Positions 16,562 to 27,346 of a stretch of 64,000 nucleotides of DNA are shown in pieces. Each line of letters opens with the position of its first letter. Within the stretch, counting starts at the first letter, position 1. The position numbers and the translations under genes were made by a program. Source of the stretch: an uncultured Enterobacteriaceae bacterium (GTDB lineage Bacteria; Pseudomonadota; Gammaproteobacteria; Ga0077536); contig CAZFZX010000004.1 in the NCBI GenBank assembly GCA_964523765.1, positions 1,394-65,393 of the forward strand, in the 5' to 3' direction. The notes below the pieces were generated by a model, which saw nothing but the letters and a program-made list of their open reading frames with translations, had not been told where the DNA came from and searched no databases.

Positions 16562-17491
16562 TCACTCCCGCAATTGTCGCTCCAGCATCCGTGCCCGCCG
16601 GTCCTCGCTGAACGCCACCGCCCGGCGTGTTTTCAAATCGAGCGCGACGGCGATCCCCTGGCTGTGGGCAACCACGCGGCCGGTTTCGATATCGAAGATC
16701 AAATGGCTCAAACGTTTGGTCTTTGCGGTAAACGATCGCAGCCCGGACACGATGACGAAGCGGTCGCCGTCCCTGAGGTCGGCATAGTAGTCTAGGCGAT
16801 ACTCGATCACCGCGCCGCCCAGCTCGCCCCTGCCGCGGCGATTGAACTCTTCTTCGCTCTGCATCATCGACATGAAATTCGCTATCGAATCCGACGCGCG
16901 GCCGGCGTACTGATACATACTCATGCGCCCGTGGGCGTCGCATTCTTCCGGCATCACCGTTCCGCGTCCGGTCTCCGCGTAGCCCATCTCGAGCGCCTCG
17001 CCGAGGCTTGCAACCGGGGTGTCTCCGGGAGGCAGACTCCTGACGCGGCCGTGCGCGGGGGGATCGAAAGCGCCGCCCCAGTCCGCGACATCAACATCGC
17101 GCAACCGGTCGTTTTTCTCATCTAGGACTTCGACTTCGCTGTTGAAACTCGTATACAGGGTACCGTTGGCGGTATGGCATAGCTCCGAATAGAAATTGAA
17201 CCGAGCGCCGTCGTGCGCGAGCACGGCGCCACGGATGGTAACCGGCAGCGAGAGCAATGCCTCGCGGTGGAACCGGACGTGCTGACTCACGAGCCGGACG
17301 CGTACCCCGAGGTTCGCCAGAACACGGGGTGTAAGACCAATCTCCGCCAACAGGTGCGCCAACCCCTGGCAGTTCTTGGCGATGAAATATCGGGCGTTGA
17401 GATGCCCGTTTTCATCACACTCCCAAGCGTTTACGTTGGAGCGGTGGATAATGAAAGGAAGGTTCGTACCCACGGAGTCAAATCCCGCCAT
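16562..17491 (-). CDS. Acyl-CoA thioesterase-like protein (tandem hot-dog fold)
   Basis: 309-aa ORF. Its two halves each resemble 4HBT-type thioesterase domains (VNAWECDENGHLNARYF...). Assignment by eye. Confidence 0.55.
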   Translation of the reverse strand: MAGFDSVGTNLPFIIHRSNVNAWECDENGHLNARYFIAKNCQGLAHLLAEIGLTPRVLANLGVRVRLVSQHVRFHREALLSLPVTIRGAVLAHDGARFNFYSELCHTANGTLYTSFNSEVEVLDEKNDRLRDVDVADWGGAFDPPAHGRVRSLPPGDTPVASLGEALEMGYAETGRGTVMPEECDAHGRMSMYQYAGRASDSIANFMSMMQSEEEFNRRGRGELGGAVIEYRLDYYADLRDGDRFVIVSGLRSFTAKTKRLSHLIFDIETGRVVAHSQGIAVALDLKTRRAVAFSEDRRARMLERQLRE

Positions 17492-17903
17492 CGCGCCCTG
17501 ATCGGTCGGCGCCGTCGGTCATCTCGATCGGATCGGGCCGGGTTCGCGGCCACGGGACGAATCGACCAAAACGGCGCGCAGCGAAGTATTTTCGGTGCTT
17601 TTCTCGTAGCACGGTAGGCATCCGACAATTCCAAGAATCTGCGCTGAACGCGTTTGAGTTTACAAGAATTCCGAGCGCCAGTATCGTTCCCCGGACCGCC
17701 CTGTTCGGCTCCGTCATCCGTTCAAAAACTGCCGGCCGAAAATGAACCGGTTCTCAACGGTAGCCGCGCCGACAGGGTTCCGCGGCGTCCAACGCCGAAT
17801 ACCGTCGCCACGATCCGGCGATATCGTAGTGCCGAATTCGTCGCGGTGTCGAGTACAATAGTGTCTCGTTACGTCCACCGCATTTAACGAACAGGACAGA
17901 ACA

Positions 17904-18758
17904 ATGTACGAGTGCTTCAAAATAGAAATCTCCGAGCGGATCGCGCATGTAGTGATGAATCGTCCCGACAAACGCAACAGCATGAATCCGGTGTTTTGGA
18001 ATGAGCTGCCCGCGATCATCGAAGACATCGACAACGAAGCGAAGGCGCGGGTGATCGTAATTTCGTCCACCGGGCCCCACTTCACCGCGGGCCTCGACGT
18101 TTCCGCGTTCTTCCAAGGCGGCGATCTGCTGCCGACTGAAGGGACCGACGAGATGGCGACACGCCAACACGGCGCGCGTTTCTACGATACGGTGACGCAC
18201 CTGCAGAAAACATTCAGTTGTCTGGAGGCCTGCCGGGTTCCGGTCCTCGCCGCGATCCAGGGCGGCTGCATTGGCGGCGGCGTCGATCTCGTTACGGCCT
18301 GCGATATCCGGTACGCGACGGAGGACGCGTTCCTTACGATCTTCGAGACCAACATCGGTATGACCGCCGATGTCGGTACCTTTCCCCGCCTGGTAAAACT
18401 GATCCCCGAGGGTTTCGTGCGCGAGATGGCCTACACCGGCCGCCGCGTCGCGGCAGCCGAGGCCCAGGCGATCGGATTGATCAATCGCGTCTACCCGGAC
18501 CACGAATCGATGCTGGCCGGTGTCATGGCGACGGCTGCCGAGATCGCGGCGAAGGCGCCGCTCGCCGTAGCCGGATGCAAACGGATGATCAACTACGCTC
18601 GCGACCACAGCACCAGCGACGGACTCGACTACATCGGGATCTGGAACGCGAGCATGCTGCAGTTGAGCGAGATCCAGGAGGCCATGATGGCGAACAAGGA
18701 ACAGCGCGAAGGCAACTTCGCCGAGTTGCCCGCGCTCACGCGTGGGACCGGCAAATAG
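17904..18758 (+). CDS. Enoyl-CoA hydratase/isomerase (crotonase) family protein
   Basis: IAHVVMNRPDKRNSMNPVFWNEL...VIVISSTGPHFTAGLDV and AAIQGGCIGGGVDLVTACDIRY are crotonase hallmarks. Confidence 0.85.
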   Translation: MYECFKIEISERIAHVVMNRPDKRNSMNPVFWNELPAIIEDIDNEAKARVIVISSTGPHFTAGLDVSAFFQGGDLLPTEGTDEMATRQHGARFYDTVTHLQKTFSCLEACRVPVLAAIQGGCIGGGVDLVTACDIRYATEDAFLTIFETNIGMTADVGTFPRLVKLIPEGFVREMAYTGRRVAAAEAQAIGLINRVYPDHESMLAGVMATAAEIAAKAPLAVAGCKRMINYARDHSTSDGLDYIGIWNASMLQLSEIQEAMMANKEQREGNFAELPALTRGTGK

Positions 18759-18898
18759 CGAATAGGGGACAGCCTCATGCGCCAATCCGCCCCGGAACCG
18801 TCGAAGCAGCCGCCTCAGTACCCGCTGAACGGGAAGCTGCGCCGGGCTTCCGGCGCGACCGCTGAGTGCGGCGCGAAAACCCAGGAGAACCATGGCCG

Positions 18899-19366
18899 AT
18901 GAAAATCGAGAAACAGTTCACCGTCGAAGCGGCACAGGAAACTGTGTGGGATTTTATTACCTCACCGGATAAGGTCGGACCCTGCATCCCCGGCTGCGAG
19001 CAAGTCGAGGTCGTCGGGCCGGGCAAATACCGGGCCACGATCAAACTCAAAGTGGGACCCATCAAGACGACGTTTCACGTCACCGTAACCACGACCGAGG
19101 AGACGCCGCCGCAGTTCGCGACCTACGAGACCAAGGGAGAGGAAGGAGGTAAAGCGAGCCGGTTGAGCGCGACAAGCTCGCTGACCGTTACCCCGCAAGG
19201 GCCGGCGCAATCGGAAGTCGGCTACACATCCGACATTACGATCGCGGGACGCCTCGGGAAATTCGGTGCCGGGGTCATGAACAAGATCGCCGACAAAATG
19301 AATGACAAGTTTGTCGCCGCGCTACGCGCCGGAATAGAGGAAGGTGCTGGCGAACAAAAGGGATAG
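18899..19366 (+). CDS. CoxG-like SRPBCC family protein
   Basis: MKIEKQFTVEAAQETVWDFITSPDKVGPCIPGCE...KYRATIKLKVGPIKTTF matches the CoxG pattern. ATG at 18899 lies 10 nt after AGGAGA. Confidence 0.75.
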   Translation: MKIEKQFTVEAAQETVWDFITSPDKVGPCIPGCEQVEVVGPGKYRATIKLKVGPIKTTFHVTVTTTEETPPQFATYETKGEEGGKASRLSATSSLTVTPQGPAQSEVGYTSDITIAGRLGKFGAGVMNKIADKMNDKFVAALRAGIEEGAGEQKG

Positions 19367-19371
19367 TGTCG

Positions 19372-19639
19372 CTAGCCCGCATTTCTCACCAGATCGACGC
19401 GCCCTCGGTTGTCCGTTGAATCGCATGGAAATTTTCTTCCCTCGGAAAGACAACCTTCTATCCACTCGGTCAGAAAATCTCCATGCAATCCAAATGACTG
19501 CGCGATGCTGTGTAGGATACACAAATGTCGCGGGAGCCATGGCCACTCTTTGGCATCCTGCCATCGCGGCATTTGTGCATCCATGCACATCAGATGGCGG
19601 GAGCAACCATCGCGCCGACTGGTGAGAAATGCGGGCTAG
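19372..19639. repeat. 268-bp MITE-like/structured element bounded by 21-bp perfect terminal inverted repeats
   Basis: ctagcccgcatttctcaccag (19372-19392) is the exact reverse complement of ctggtgagaaatgcgggctag (19619-19639). The interior has visibly lower GC and contains the palindrome tgtgcat-cc-atgcaca. It fills the gap between convergent genes. Confidence 0.5.
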
Positions 19640-19654
19640 TGCCCTGTCCGCTCC

Positions 19655-20695
19655 CTATCGGTAGCCACCATAATTTTCTGCGGCCCGGACCATGGCCCGG
19701 ATGTTGACGATGGGCGCCTCCGGCGGGATCTCGCAGCCACTACTCAGAATGAACCCGCCACCCGCTCCGGCCTGTGCGATACACCGTTCGGCGGCTTCGT
19801 CGACGGCCTCCGGTGTCCCGGTGAATATCGGATCTGAGGGATCGATATTCCCCTGCAGACACACGCGGTGCCCGACTTGTTCCTTAGCGTCGGCGAGATC
19901 AACGGGATGGTCGACCTCGAGGATTTGGGCGCCCGTGTCGCACATCGATTCGAGGATCGGTGTCGTCTGACCACAGACATGCAGGGAAACCACGGCGCCC
20001 GCCTCGCGGGCAGCGCCGAAGACTTTCTTGATACCGGGAGCCGCGAAAGTATTGAACGACTGCGGACTAATCAGATTGGGGCTCGCCGTAGGGTCGCTGA
20101 CGACCACCACATCGATACCCGCTTCGACGTTTGCCCGGGCATAGCGAACCGCAGCCGCTGTCGTAATTTCGGTAAGATTATGGATGAATTCCGGATCTTT
20201 AAGCGTGCTTTTCAGTAACTTGTTGATGTCGCATAGTTGACCAGCGAGAGTGAACGGGCCGGGAACATAGGAGAACAACGGGACCCGATCGCCCACCTCT
20301 CGTTTGACGATCTCCAGGGTCTCCATGTGGATCGGCAATCTGCCGGTAACAAGAGGATCGGGGATCGACAATTTCTCCAGATCGTCGCCGCTCCGGATGA
20401 TCCGCTCCATCACCTGCGGAACGTCACCCTCCGGATAGCGCATGGCGCAACCCATCGCCTCGGCGAGCAGATTGAAAGACGATTCCCAACCGACGTAGAT
20501 CGCGTCATACCCCAATTCCCGCCATCCGGACAAAAGCGCATCGGCTGTTTTTTCGGGACTGTGCAGGGCCTCGACCAGCCCGACGCCCGTAATCTGCGCC
20601 GTCGTATAGGTGATTTGCGGTACGACCGGCACGCGATCCGGAATTTCGCCCCGGATCACCGCTGCGAAGCGTTCAAACGATGCCGAGTCGGTCAT
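19655..20695 (-). CDS. Uroporphyrinogen-decarboxylase-family (MtaA/CmuA-like) methyltransferase
   Basis: 346-aa ORF. The N-terminal ERFAAVIRGEIPDRVPVVPQI and overall length and pattern match URO-D/MtaA-type methylcobamide methyltransferases. Confidence 0.75.
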   Translation of the reverse strand: MTDSASFERFAAVIRGEIPDRVPVVPQITYTTAQITGVGLVEALHSPEKTADALLSGWRELGYDAIYVGWESSFNLLAEAMGCAMRYPEGDVPQVMERIIRSGDDLEKLSIPDPLVTGRLPIHMETLEIVKREVGDRVPLFSYVPGPFTLAGQLCDINKLLKSTLKDPEFIHNLTEITTAAAVRYARANVEAGIDVVVVSDPTASPNLISPQSFNTFAAPGIKKVFGAAREAGAVVSLHVCGQTTPILESMCDTGAQILEVDHPVDLADAKEQVGHRVCLQGNIDPSDPIFTGTPEAVDEAAERCIAQAGAGGGFILSSGCEIPPEAPIVNIRAMVRAAENYGGYR

Positions 20696-21450
20696 TCGCT
20701 GGTCCCCACGTTTCTGTACTTTTTGATGGCTGCATTTGCGCGCCCGTAATGATACGTGATCTGCGCCCGGCTATAACGGGCGTGCGCAGAAACCGGGCAT
20801 GCTTCCCGGGCGGGACAGGCGGTGGCGCAAGGCGAGTTTTCAGCCACAGAAAAATCCATGCAGACGTCCATGTCTATGGCTTGCGAATTTCTAACAGCGC
20901 CCGCGGGACACGCGCCGACGCAATCGCGGTTCGGACAAGCGTCACAGGGTGAATCGGTATCGGGCTCGTTGCTGAGAGGCAGGGATGCGTCGATGAGAAA
21001 TGCGGCCCGGTAGGCGAACCACGGCCCGTATGCCCGATGGATCCCGATTCCCAACGGTGAATCGTGATGCCAGCCGGCGAGACGCCCCAATTGCTGCAGG
21101 GGGACGCCCGGCTCGCCCGGATAGAGGATCCGGAAATCGCCATCGCCCCAATGATCTCTCACGGTATTCTCGACGTTGAATCTGCTGAATTGGTCAACCG
21201 GGTGATCCGACTCGAGGCTCGACACGGTCCCAACCGATCGGGTCAAGCTGTCCCAGAACTGCCCGCCGCCATTACCGAGCACCACCAGGCGCTCGTAACC
21301 GGCCGGGTCGAAATCGAAACCGGCGATCGCCGAACCGATCCGCTCCGGTAGCGCGGCACAGTCGAACACCGCGAGCAGGTTGAAACCGTTGGCGCGCAGC
21401 GTTTCGACGCCGCGCGCGAACGCCGCGCCGCTCACAATCCCGGCTGGCAT
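20692..21450 (-). CDS. 4Fe-4S dicluster protein related to the QueG/reductive-dehalogenase C-terminal region
   Basis: Cys-rich C-terminus: SPCDACPNRDCVGACPAGAV...DVCMDF...SPCATACPAREACP. There is a 4-nt overlap with the downstream URO-D gene. Confidence 0.6.
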   Translation of the reverse strand: MPAGIVSGAAFARGVETLRANGFNLLAVFDCAALPERIGSAIAGFDFDPAGYERLVVLGNGGGQFWDSLTRSVGTVSSLESDHPVDQFSRFNVENTVRDHWGDGDFRILYPGEPGVPLQQLGRLAGWHHDSPLGIGIHRAYGPWFAYRAAFLIDASLPLSNEPDTDSPCDACPNRDCVGACPAGAVRNSQAIDMDVCMDFSVAENSPCATACPAREACPVSAHARYSRAQITYHYGRANAAIKKYRNVGTSE

Positions 21451-21519
21451 GTTATCTATCTGAGGCGGGTGAACTTGCCGCAGCCCGTGGCCCCGGCCCC
21501 AAAACCGGCCGTTGTTTAT

Positions 21520-22431
21520 TCATCCCGTTTCCATCGGCAGCGAATCGTCGTTCGACCATTCGTACATGGATGCGTCATAGACGGACACGTTGTCGTAACC
21601 GAGCATTGTCAGAATGAACGCGTCGCTGGTCGCCGAGATCCCTCCGCCGCAATAGGCGATGATCCGCTCGGCGTCCGCAACGTCGACCGCGTCGAATTTG
21701 TTTCGCAATTCCGAGGCAGGCAGATACGCGGCCGTGTCCGGGTCGCACAGCGAGGCGGCCGGCACGTTGACGCTGCCCGGGATCCGACCTTTGCGCCCGT
21801 AGGCCATGGCGCCGCTGCCATCGTGCTGCTCGGGAAACAGGGCATTGACAGTGCAGATGCTGCCGTCCCCGATCGCGGCTAATACGTCATCGCGGTTGAC
21901 GAACAATTCGGGCCGCGGCCGAGACGGGAAGCGAGTCGCCGGATAGTTCGCCGGTGCATTCGATACCGCCCTGCCCTCTGCCTTCCACTTGGCCCAGCCG
22001 CCATTGAGGATCGCTGCGTTGTCGAACCCGGAGGCACGTAACATCCACCATACCCGGGTGGCCCACATCTCCGGCATCATGGCCGAAGTCCCATACAGCA
22101 CCACTCGAGTCGTGTCGTCCACGCCAACCTTTCCCATTGCGTCGGCAAACTGCTGCGCGGGCGGCATCATGAACGGGAATTTCGACGTCGTGTCCGAAAT
22201 GTCGGCGAGGATATCCACGAAACCGGCACCTGGAATGTGCTCCTGCTCGAAGTGCGCCCGCCCGCTTTCGACCGTATAGGGTGGTTCCTTACCTTGCTCG
22301 TATTGCTCCTTGGGTACGATGTTCACCGTGCAATCGAAAACTCGCAAACTAGGGTCGTCCAAATGCTGCTCCAACCAATCGGTCTCGACAAGGTATTGCG
22401 GTTGCGCAAAGTCGTCGTTTGGTGTCGTCAT
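21520..22431 (-). CDS. Tandem-rhodanese sulfurtransferase (thiosulfate/3-mercaptopyruvate type)
   Basis: Two rhodanese domains. Active-site loop in IIAYCGGGISAT. Confidence 0.8.
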   Translation of the reverse strand: MTTPNDDFAQPQYLVETDWLEQHLDDPSLRVFDCTVNIVPKEQYEQGKEPPYTVESGRAHFEQEHIPGAGFVDILADISDTTSKFPFMMPPAQQFADAMGKVGVDDTTRVVLYGTSAMMPEMWATRVWWMLRASGFDNAAILNGGWAKWKAEGRAVSNAPANYPATRFPSRPRPELFVNRDDVLAAIGDGSICTVNALFPEQHDGSGAMAYGRKGRIPGSVNVPAASLCDPDTAAYLPASELRNKFDAVDVADAERIIAYCGGGISATSDAFILTMLGYDNVSVYDASMYEWSNDDSLPMETG

Positions 22432-22461
22432 AGCCAGTTCCTCTTGTAATCGATAAGCTCG

Positions 22462-24261
22462 TCAGTGAATACGGCCGGCCCGCCCTTTCGGTCTTTTGCG
22501 CTGTTCCGGTTGTTCGAACAACCCGCTGAGTTCGCTGAGCATCACATCACCCAGTTCGGCGATGTCGGGGATGATTACCGCACGTTCGTAATAACGGGTC
22601 ACGTCGTGACCGATTCCGATCGCGGTCAGTTCGACGGGCGAGCAGGTCTCGATCCAGTCGATGACGTCCCGGAGATGGTTTTCAAGATACATCGTCGGAT
22701 TAGACGATAGCGTAGCGTCGTCCCGCGGCACACCGTCGGAGATCACCATTAAGATCCGGCGCCGCTCGGTCCGCCCGAGCAGCCGATTGTGGGCCCAGAC
22801 TAACGCTTCGCCATCGATATTCTCCTTCAACAACCCGTCAAGCAACATCAGGCCGAGATTACACCGGGCCCGGCGCCAAGGTTGATCGGCGGATTTGTAG
22901 ACGATATGGCGCAGCGCGTTGAGGCGCCCCGGGTTCGCGGGTTCGCCGTCGGCGAGCCACTGCTCGCGCGCACTGCCGCCCTTCCAGGCCCTCGTCGTGA
23001 AACCGAGGATCTCGACCCGAACGCCGCAACGTTCGAGCGTACGCGCCAGAATGTCGGCACTCATTGCCGCCATCGTGATCGGACGCCCGCGCATCGAACC
23101 GGAGTTGTCGATCAGCAGGCTGACCACGGTATCGCGGAAGTCCGTCTCGGCTTCGGCTTTGAAGGAAAGCGGATGCAACGGGTCGATGATAACCCTGCCG
23201 AGACGAGCCGAATCGAGGATCCCCTCGTCCAAATCGAATTCCCAGTGGCGGGTCTGTTTCGCCAGGAGCCGCCTCTGGAGCCGATTCGCGAGCCGGTTCA
23301 CCGTCGTCTGCAGGCGACTCAACCGTCGATCCAGATTACTCCTGAGGCGTAGCAGTTCGGCTGGCGGACACAGGGTCTCGGCGCCCACTTCCTCGTCGTC
23401 TGCGGTGGTATAGGCTTTGTAATCGACCCGCGACACCGAAGACTCGCCGCGTTGCGGAACGCGGACCGGTGGGCCGGCTGGCTCACCCTCGCTTGGCCGC
23501 GGGTTTTCGTCGATGCGGGCCCCGGTTTCGGTTTGTGCGCCAGATTCTTCCGATCGGTCCGCATCTGATCCAGGTTCGTGACTGTCCTGCTCCGGTGTTT
23601 CGGCGCCCGCCTCTTCCTCGGGTCCGGTTTCCGCCCCGGCCAAACCCAGCGATTCGATCATGGCGCTCGCCGTTTCAGCAAACGTCTGCTGATCTGCGAC
23701 GCTGCGATCGAGCCGCTCGAGATAGTTAGCGCCGCGCTCCTCCAACCATGTGCGCCAAAGCGCGGTCACATGGGCAGCCGCGGCGGGAGGCGGTCGCCCG
23801 GTCAGCCGTTCGCGCAGCACCAAGGCCATCGCCTCGGCCGGCGGCGCCGCCTCGCGCGTCTCGAAACGCTCGAATCCCCTGCAACGGGCTTCCAGGCAGG
23901 CCTCCAAGTTGGAAGCGACCCCTGCGAGACCCGGAGACCCGATGGTTTCTACCCGCACCTGCTCAAGGGCCTCGAACGCCGCGGTTGCCTCCCGACCGCG
24001 CGGCCTGAAGCGCCGGTGAATCGTTTCGTCGTGGTGAAGCAATTTGAGCGCCGTACCATCGGCAGTTCCGCGCAAACTGGAAACCTCGGCCGGACTCGCG
24101 GCGGCAGACGGCGCCGGTAACCGGGCGACACCGTCGTTCACGCGGCCTTCGCCGCCGGGCGCAAAGGCAACGACGACGTCCGGACGACCGGCCACGGCCT
24201 TCAACGCCGCTGCCGTTACCCGCTCGATCAACTGGGCCCGGTCCGCTGCGGCTTCGGTCAC
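22462..24261 (-). CDS. cobT: CobT-like cobaltochelatase subunit (VWA domain)
   Basis: 599-aa ORF with an acidic central linker and a C-terminal VWA domain ([14 protein letters not shown]). It overlaps cobS by 4 nt. Confidence 0.75.
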   Translation of the reverse strand: MTEAAADRAQLIERVTAAALKAVAGRPDVVVAFAPGGEGRVNDGVARLPAPSAAASPAEVSSLRGTADGTALKLLHHDETIHRRFRPRGREATAAFEALEQVRVETIGSPGLAGVASNLEACLEARCRGFERFETREAAPPAEAMALVLRERLTGRPPPAAAAHVTALWRTWLEERGANYLERLDRSVADQQTFAETASAMIESLGLAGAETGPEEEAGAETPEQDSHEPGSDADRSEESGAQTETGARIDENPRPSEGEPAGPPVRVPQRGESSVSRVDYKAYTTADDEEVGAETLCPPAELLRLRSNLDRRLSRLQTTVNRLANRLQRRLLAKQTRHWEFDLDEGILDSARLGRVIIDPLHPLSFKAEAETDFRDTVVSLLIDNSGSMRGRPITMAAMSADILARTLERCGVRVEILGFTTRAWKGGSAREQWLADGEPANPGRLNALRHIVYKSADQPWRRARCNLGLMLLDGLLKENIDGEALVWAHNRLLGRTERRRILMVISDGVPRDDATLSSNPTMYLENHLRDVIDWIETCSPVELTAIGIGHDVTRYYERAVIIPDIAELGDVMLSELSGLFEQPEQRKRPKGRAGRIH

Positions 24262-25247
24262 ACCGGGGCCTCGCGAATCGCCGAGTCAGACAGTTCCTCG
24301 TCGAAACAGCGTTGATAATATTCAGCGACCACCGGACGTTCCAACTCGTCGCACTTGTTGAGGAAAGTGAGTTCAAAAGCGAAGGCCAAACCATCGAAGA
24401 TCTCGGCGTTCTCGGCCCAGGTAATGATGGTGCGTGGCGACATCACGGTCGAAATGTCACCGCACATGAAGCCGGCGCGCGTGAGGTCGGCCATCTCGAT
24501 CATCGCGTTTACAGTTTCGCGACCTTCCTTTGTGTCGTAAGCGGGCGCCTTGGACAGGACAATGCTGATCTCGTCCTCGCGCGGCAGGTAATTGAGCGTC
24601 GCCACGACGTTCCAACGGTCCATCTGACCCTGGTTGATCTGCTGGGTGCCATGATAGAGCCCGGTTGTATCGCCGAGGCCGATCGTGTTCGTGGTCGAGA
24701 ACAGTCGGAAATAGGGGTGCGGAACCATCACCCTGTTCTGGTCCAGCAGTGTCAACCTGCCCTCCGCCTCCAGGATCCGCTGGATGACGAACATCACGTC
24801 CGGCCGCCCGGCGTCGTACTCATCGAACACCAATGCGGCCGGACGCTGGATCGCCCAGGGCAGCAGGCCTTCTCGGAATTCCGTGATCTGCTTGCCGTCT
24901 TTGATCACGATGGCGTCCTTACCGATGAGGTCGATGCGACTGATGTGGCTGTCCAGATTGACCCGTACGCAGGGCCAATTGAGCCGCGCCGCCACTTGCT
25001 CGATATGAGTCGACTTGCCGGTCCCGTGGTAGCCCTGGATCATCACCCGCCGGTTGTAGGCGAAACCGGACAGAATGGCGAGCGTCGTCACGCGGTCAAA
25101 ATGATAGGCGTCGTCGACGTCGGGAACGTGTTCTTCGCTCGCGCTGAAACCCGGCACTTCCATGTCACTGTCGATCCCGAAGGCCTGGCGGACCGAGACG
25201 GTGAGGTCGGGCGCCGTCAATGGCAGGCCGGTATCGAGGGACGCCAT
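24258..25247 (-). CDS. cobS: CobS-like cobaltochelatase subunit (AAA+ ATPase)
   Basis: Near-colinear with remembered CobS sequence: [59 protein letters not shown]. Confidence 0.85.
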   Translation of the reverse strand: MASLDTGLPLTAPDLTVSVRQAFGIDSDMEVPGFSASEEHVPDVDDAYHFDRVTTLAILSGFAYNRRVMIQGYHGTGKSTHIEQVAARLNWPCVRVNLDSHISRIDLIGKDAIVIKDGKQITEFREGLLPWAIQRPAALVFDEYDAGRPDVMFVIQRILEAEGRLTLLDQNRVMVPHPYFRLFSTTNTIGLGDTTGLYHGTQQINQGQMDRWNVVATLNYLPREDEISIVLSKAPAYDTKEGRETVNAMIEMADLTRAGFMCGDISTVMSPRTIITWAENAEIFDGLAFAFELTFLNKCDELERPVVAEYYQRCFDEELSDSAIREAPV

Positions 25248-25254
25248 CGCCTGC

Positions 25255-26841
25255 TTAGTCGGCTCGTGCCTTACGTTTCCGACGACTTACGGTCGCCCGC
25301 CTTTTGGTGGCTTCGGCCTTGAGTTGTTCGATCAGGCGTTCGGCAACATGGTCGGCCCAGGCCGCGATGGTCATGGATGGCGCGGTACCGGGCGGCTTCG
25401 GCAAGGCGGCCGCATCGGCGACATAAAGACCCGCGTGGTCGAACACTTCACCGTTGCAGTCGACGACGCCCTCGCGGATGTTGGCCGCCACGCACGCGCC
25501 GCCCATCGGGTGAACGGTGGTCGGGCGCTGAAAGTAATACACCTTTTTGCGAGTCGCATCGGATACGGAATCCATCGAGTCCTTGATATCCTCGAAGATG
25601 TCGCTGTTGTCGGGCTCGTAGTCGATCTTTAGCTTGCCCTTTTCGGCGGTGACGACGCCATCTTGCGCGTCCGGCCCCATGCCGCCGAGGACCTGTCCAT
25701 GACGGAATTTACGTTTGAACCACGCCGGCAGGGGAAGGTTGTCGGGGTTCGGCAGCGGGATCCCGATAATCGTCGGCCAGCGTCGATTGCCGCCGAGACC
25801 CGACCCTTCTTGCGGCCGGATCCAACCGTGAACGGCGAGACCTTTGGTAAGGTCGCGACTGGTGTCTTCTAAGTCCCAGTAACCGAAGAAGTCACCGTTG
25901 CCGCCGAATCGATGGCCGAGCCTCGCCATGCCGTGCAACCCGCCATCGGCATCACGGCTGCGCAACAACAGATGCAGCGTATTCAAAGTACCGGCAGCGA
26001 CGATCACGCGGTCCGCATAATGCTCCTCGAAAGCGCCCGTGTGATGGTTCTCGACGGTTACTTTGTAACGCGCCGGCATGCCGCTTTCCACCGGCCGGAT
26101 CGACAGCGCCTCACGCAGGTCGAGAACGTCGAGCCCGTGTTTCATCGCGCGGGCAAGAAAGGCAAAATCGAGGGTCGTTTTCCCGCCGAGCGGGGAGCCC
26201 AGGTTCGCATCCGAACCGTAAGTGAATTCGCGGCGGGCAACGCCGTCTTCGTTCACTACTTCTTGCGAACTGCCCGGCTTTTGGGGAAACAAATAGCCCA
26301 GCTGGATCTGATCCACGCTGGGATCGGAGGCGATTAGATCGGAGTCCTTGAATCGCTCACTGATGGAATGGGGGATCTGCTCGGAGGTCGGGGTCGAAGC
26401 ACCCATGCGTTCGATGACGTTGTCGTAATGGGCGTCCATCATGTCGTTCGAAAGGCCGTCGCAGACGCCGTCCCAGTAATCGTCGACGGCAGGGCGCACG
26501 TTAATACCGTTGTAGATCTGGCTACCGCCGCCGACGCTGGACGAGCACACGACATTGAGTCCCTTGCCCATCAGTATCTCGAACAAGCCGCGCTTGTTGA
26601 GAGTGAGCCTTCCGCTCGGCAGCTTGCCGTTGCGGAGCGTGCGCACGAGACTCGTGAAGTAGTGCCGCCCACTCGGATACGGCGCCCGTTCCTGTACGCC
26701 CATCGAGCGCACCGGGACGCTGTCGCGCCATGGACCTCGTTCGAGTAATTTGACCTTGAAGCCGGCTTCGGCGATACGCGATGCAGATACCGATCCGCCG
26801 AAACCGCTGCCGATGACAATGACCTGAGTGGTCTCAGACAT
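25255..26841 (-). CDS. GMC-family FAD oxidoreductase (cholesterol-oxidase-like)
   Basis: FAD fold [30 protein letters not shown]. Start at the ATG at 26841, 7 nt after GGAGG. The ORF is open to 26868. Confidence 0.8.
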   Translation of the reverse strand: MSETTQVIVIGSGFGGSVSASRIAEAGFKVKLLERGPWRDSVPVRSMGVQERAPYPSGRHYFTSLVRTLRNGKLPSGRLTLNKRGLFEILMGKGLNVVCSSSVGGGSQIYNGINVRPAVDDYWDGVCDGLSNDMMDAHYDNVIERMGASTPTSEQIPHSISERFKDSDLIASDPSVDQIQLGYLFPQKPGSSQEVVNEDGVARREFTYGSDANLGSPLGGKTTLDFAFLARAMKHGLDVLDLREALSIRPVESGMPARYKVTVENHHTGAFEEHYADRVIVAAGTLNTLHLLLRSRDADGGLHGMARLGHRFGGNGDFFGYWDLEDTSRDLTKGLAVHGWIRPQEGSGLGGNRRWPTIIGIPLPNPDNLPLPAWFKRKFRHGQVLGGMGPDAQDGVVTAEKGKLKIDYEPDNSDIFEDIKDSMDSVSDATRKKVYYFQRPTTVHPMGGACVAANIREGVVDCNGEVFDHAGLYVADAAALPKPPGTAPSMTIAAWADHVAERLIEQLKAEATKRRATVSRRKRKARAD

Positions 26842-26894
26842 GATGACACCTCCGCTGTACGGGGACACGCGAAGCGTGGTTCCCCGGCATGAGA

Positions 26895-27299
26895 TTACGC
26901 ACCCCGGCGCGCCAACCGCCGCGGGTGGTAAACCGCAAAGACAATGGCAATGGCGAACAGGAACGGCACATCACCCCACATGTGGGCCATTTCACCTTCG
27001 AGCGCCAGTGCATAATAAAACATTACACCGCCATGCAGGACGCTGGAAATCACCGCGTAGTCGACGATGATGGCGTGACGGACCGGATCCTTAGCACCCA
27101 TGACGAAGCAGATGCCCAGCGCCACGTACATGGCGATAATCATACGCTCGTCCGCCAGGTTGACCGCCGGGTTGGCCCAACGGAACAGCGTCGGCAGCAC
27201 CTCGGTCGAAAAAGGCACGACGAAAATACACGAAAGGCCGAACACGAACATGCCGACCGACAAACGGCGCAGGGCCACATTATCACCTTTGAAAAACAT
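26895..27299 (-). CDS. Small integral membrane protein (about 4 TM helices), unknown function
   Basis: 134-aa hydrophobic ORF packed between flanking minus-strand genes. Confidence 0.5.
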   Translation of the reverse strand: MFFKGDNVALRRLSVGMFVFGLSCIFVVPFSTEVLPTLFRWANPAVNLADERMIIAMYVALGICFVMGAKDPVRHAIIVDYAVISSVLHGGVMFYYALALEGEMAHMWGDVPFLFAIAIVFAVYHPRRLARRGA

Positions 27300-27346
27300 A
27301 GTTTGTTACTCCCCTTTTCGTCTACTGGAAAACTGCCGAGTACGTC

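Noticed and set aside
19372-19639. Possible cobalamin riboswitch inside the inverted-repeat element. The context is B12-related and the string gccactc recalls the B12 box.
   Set aside because: The conserved B12-box and GGGAA/GGUGC core elements are not present in recognisable order. The element also lies at the 3' ends of both neighbouring genes, not in a 5' leader.
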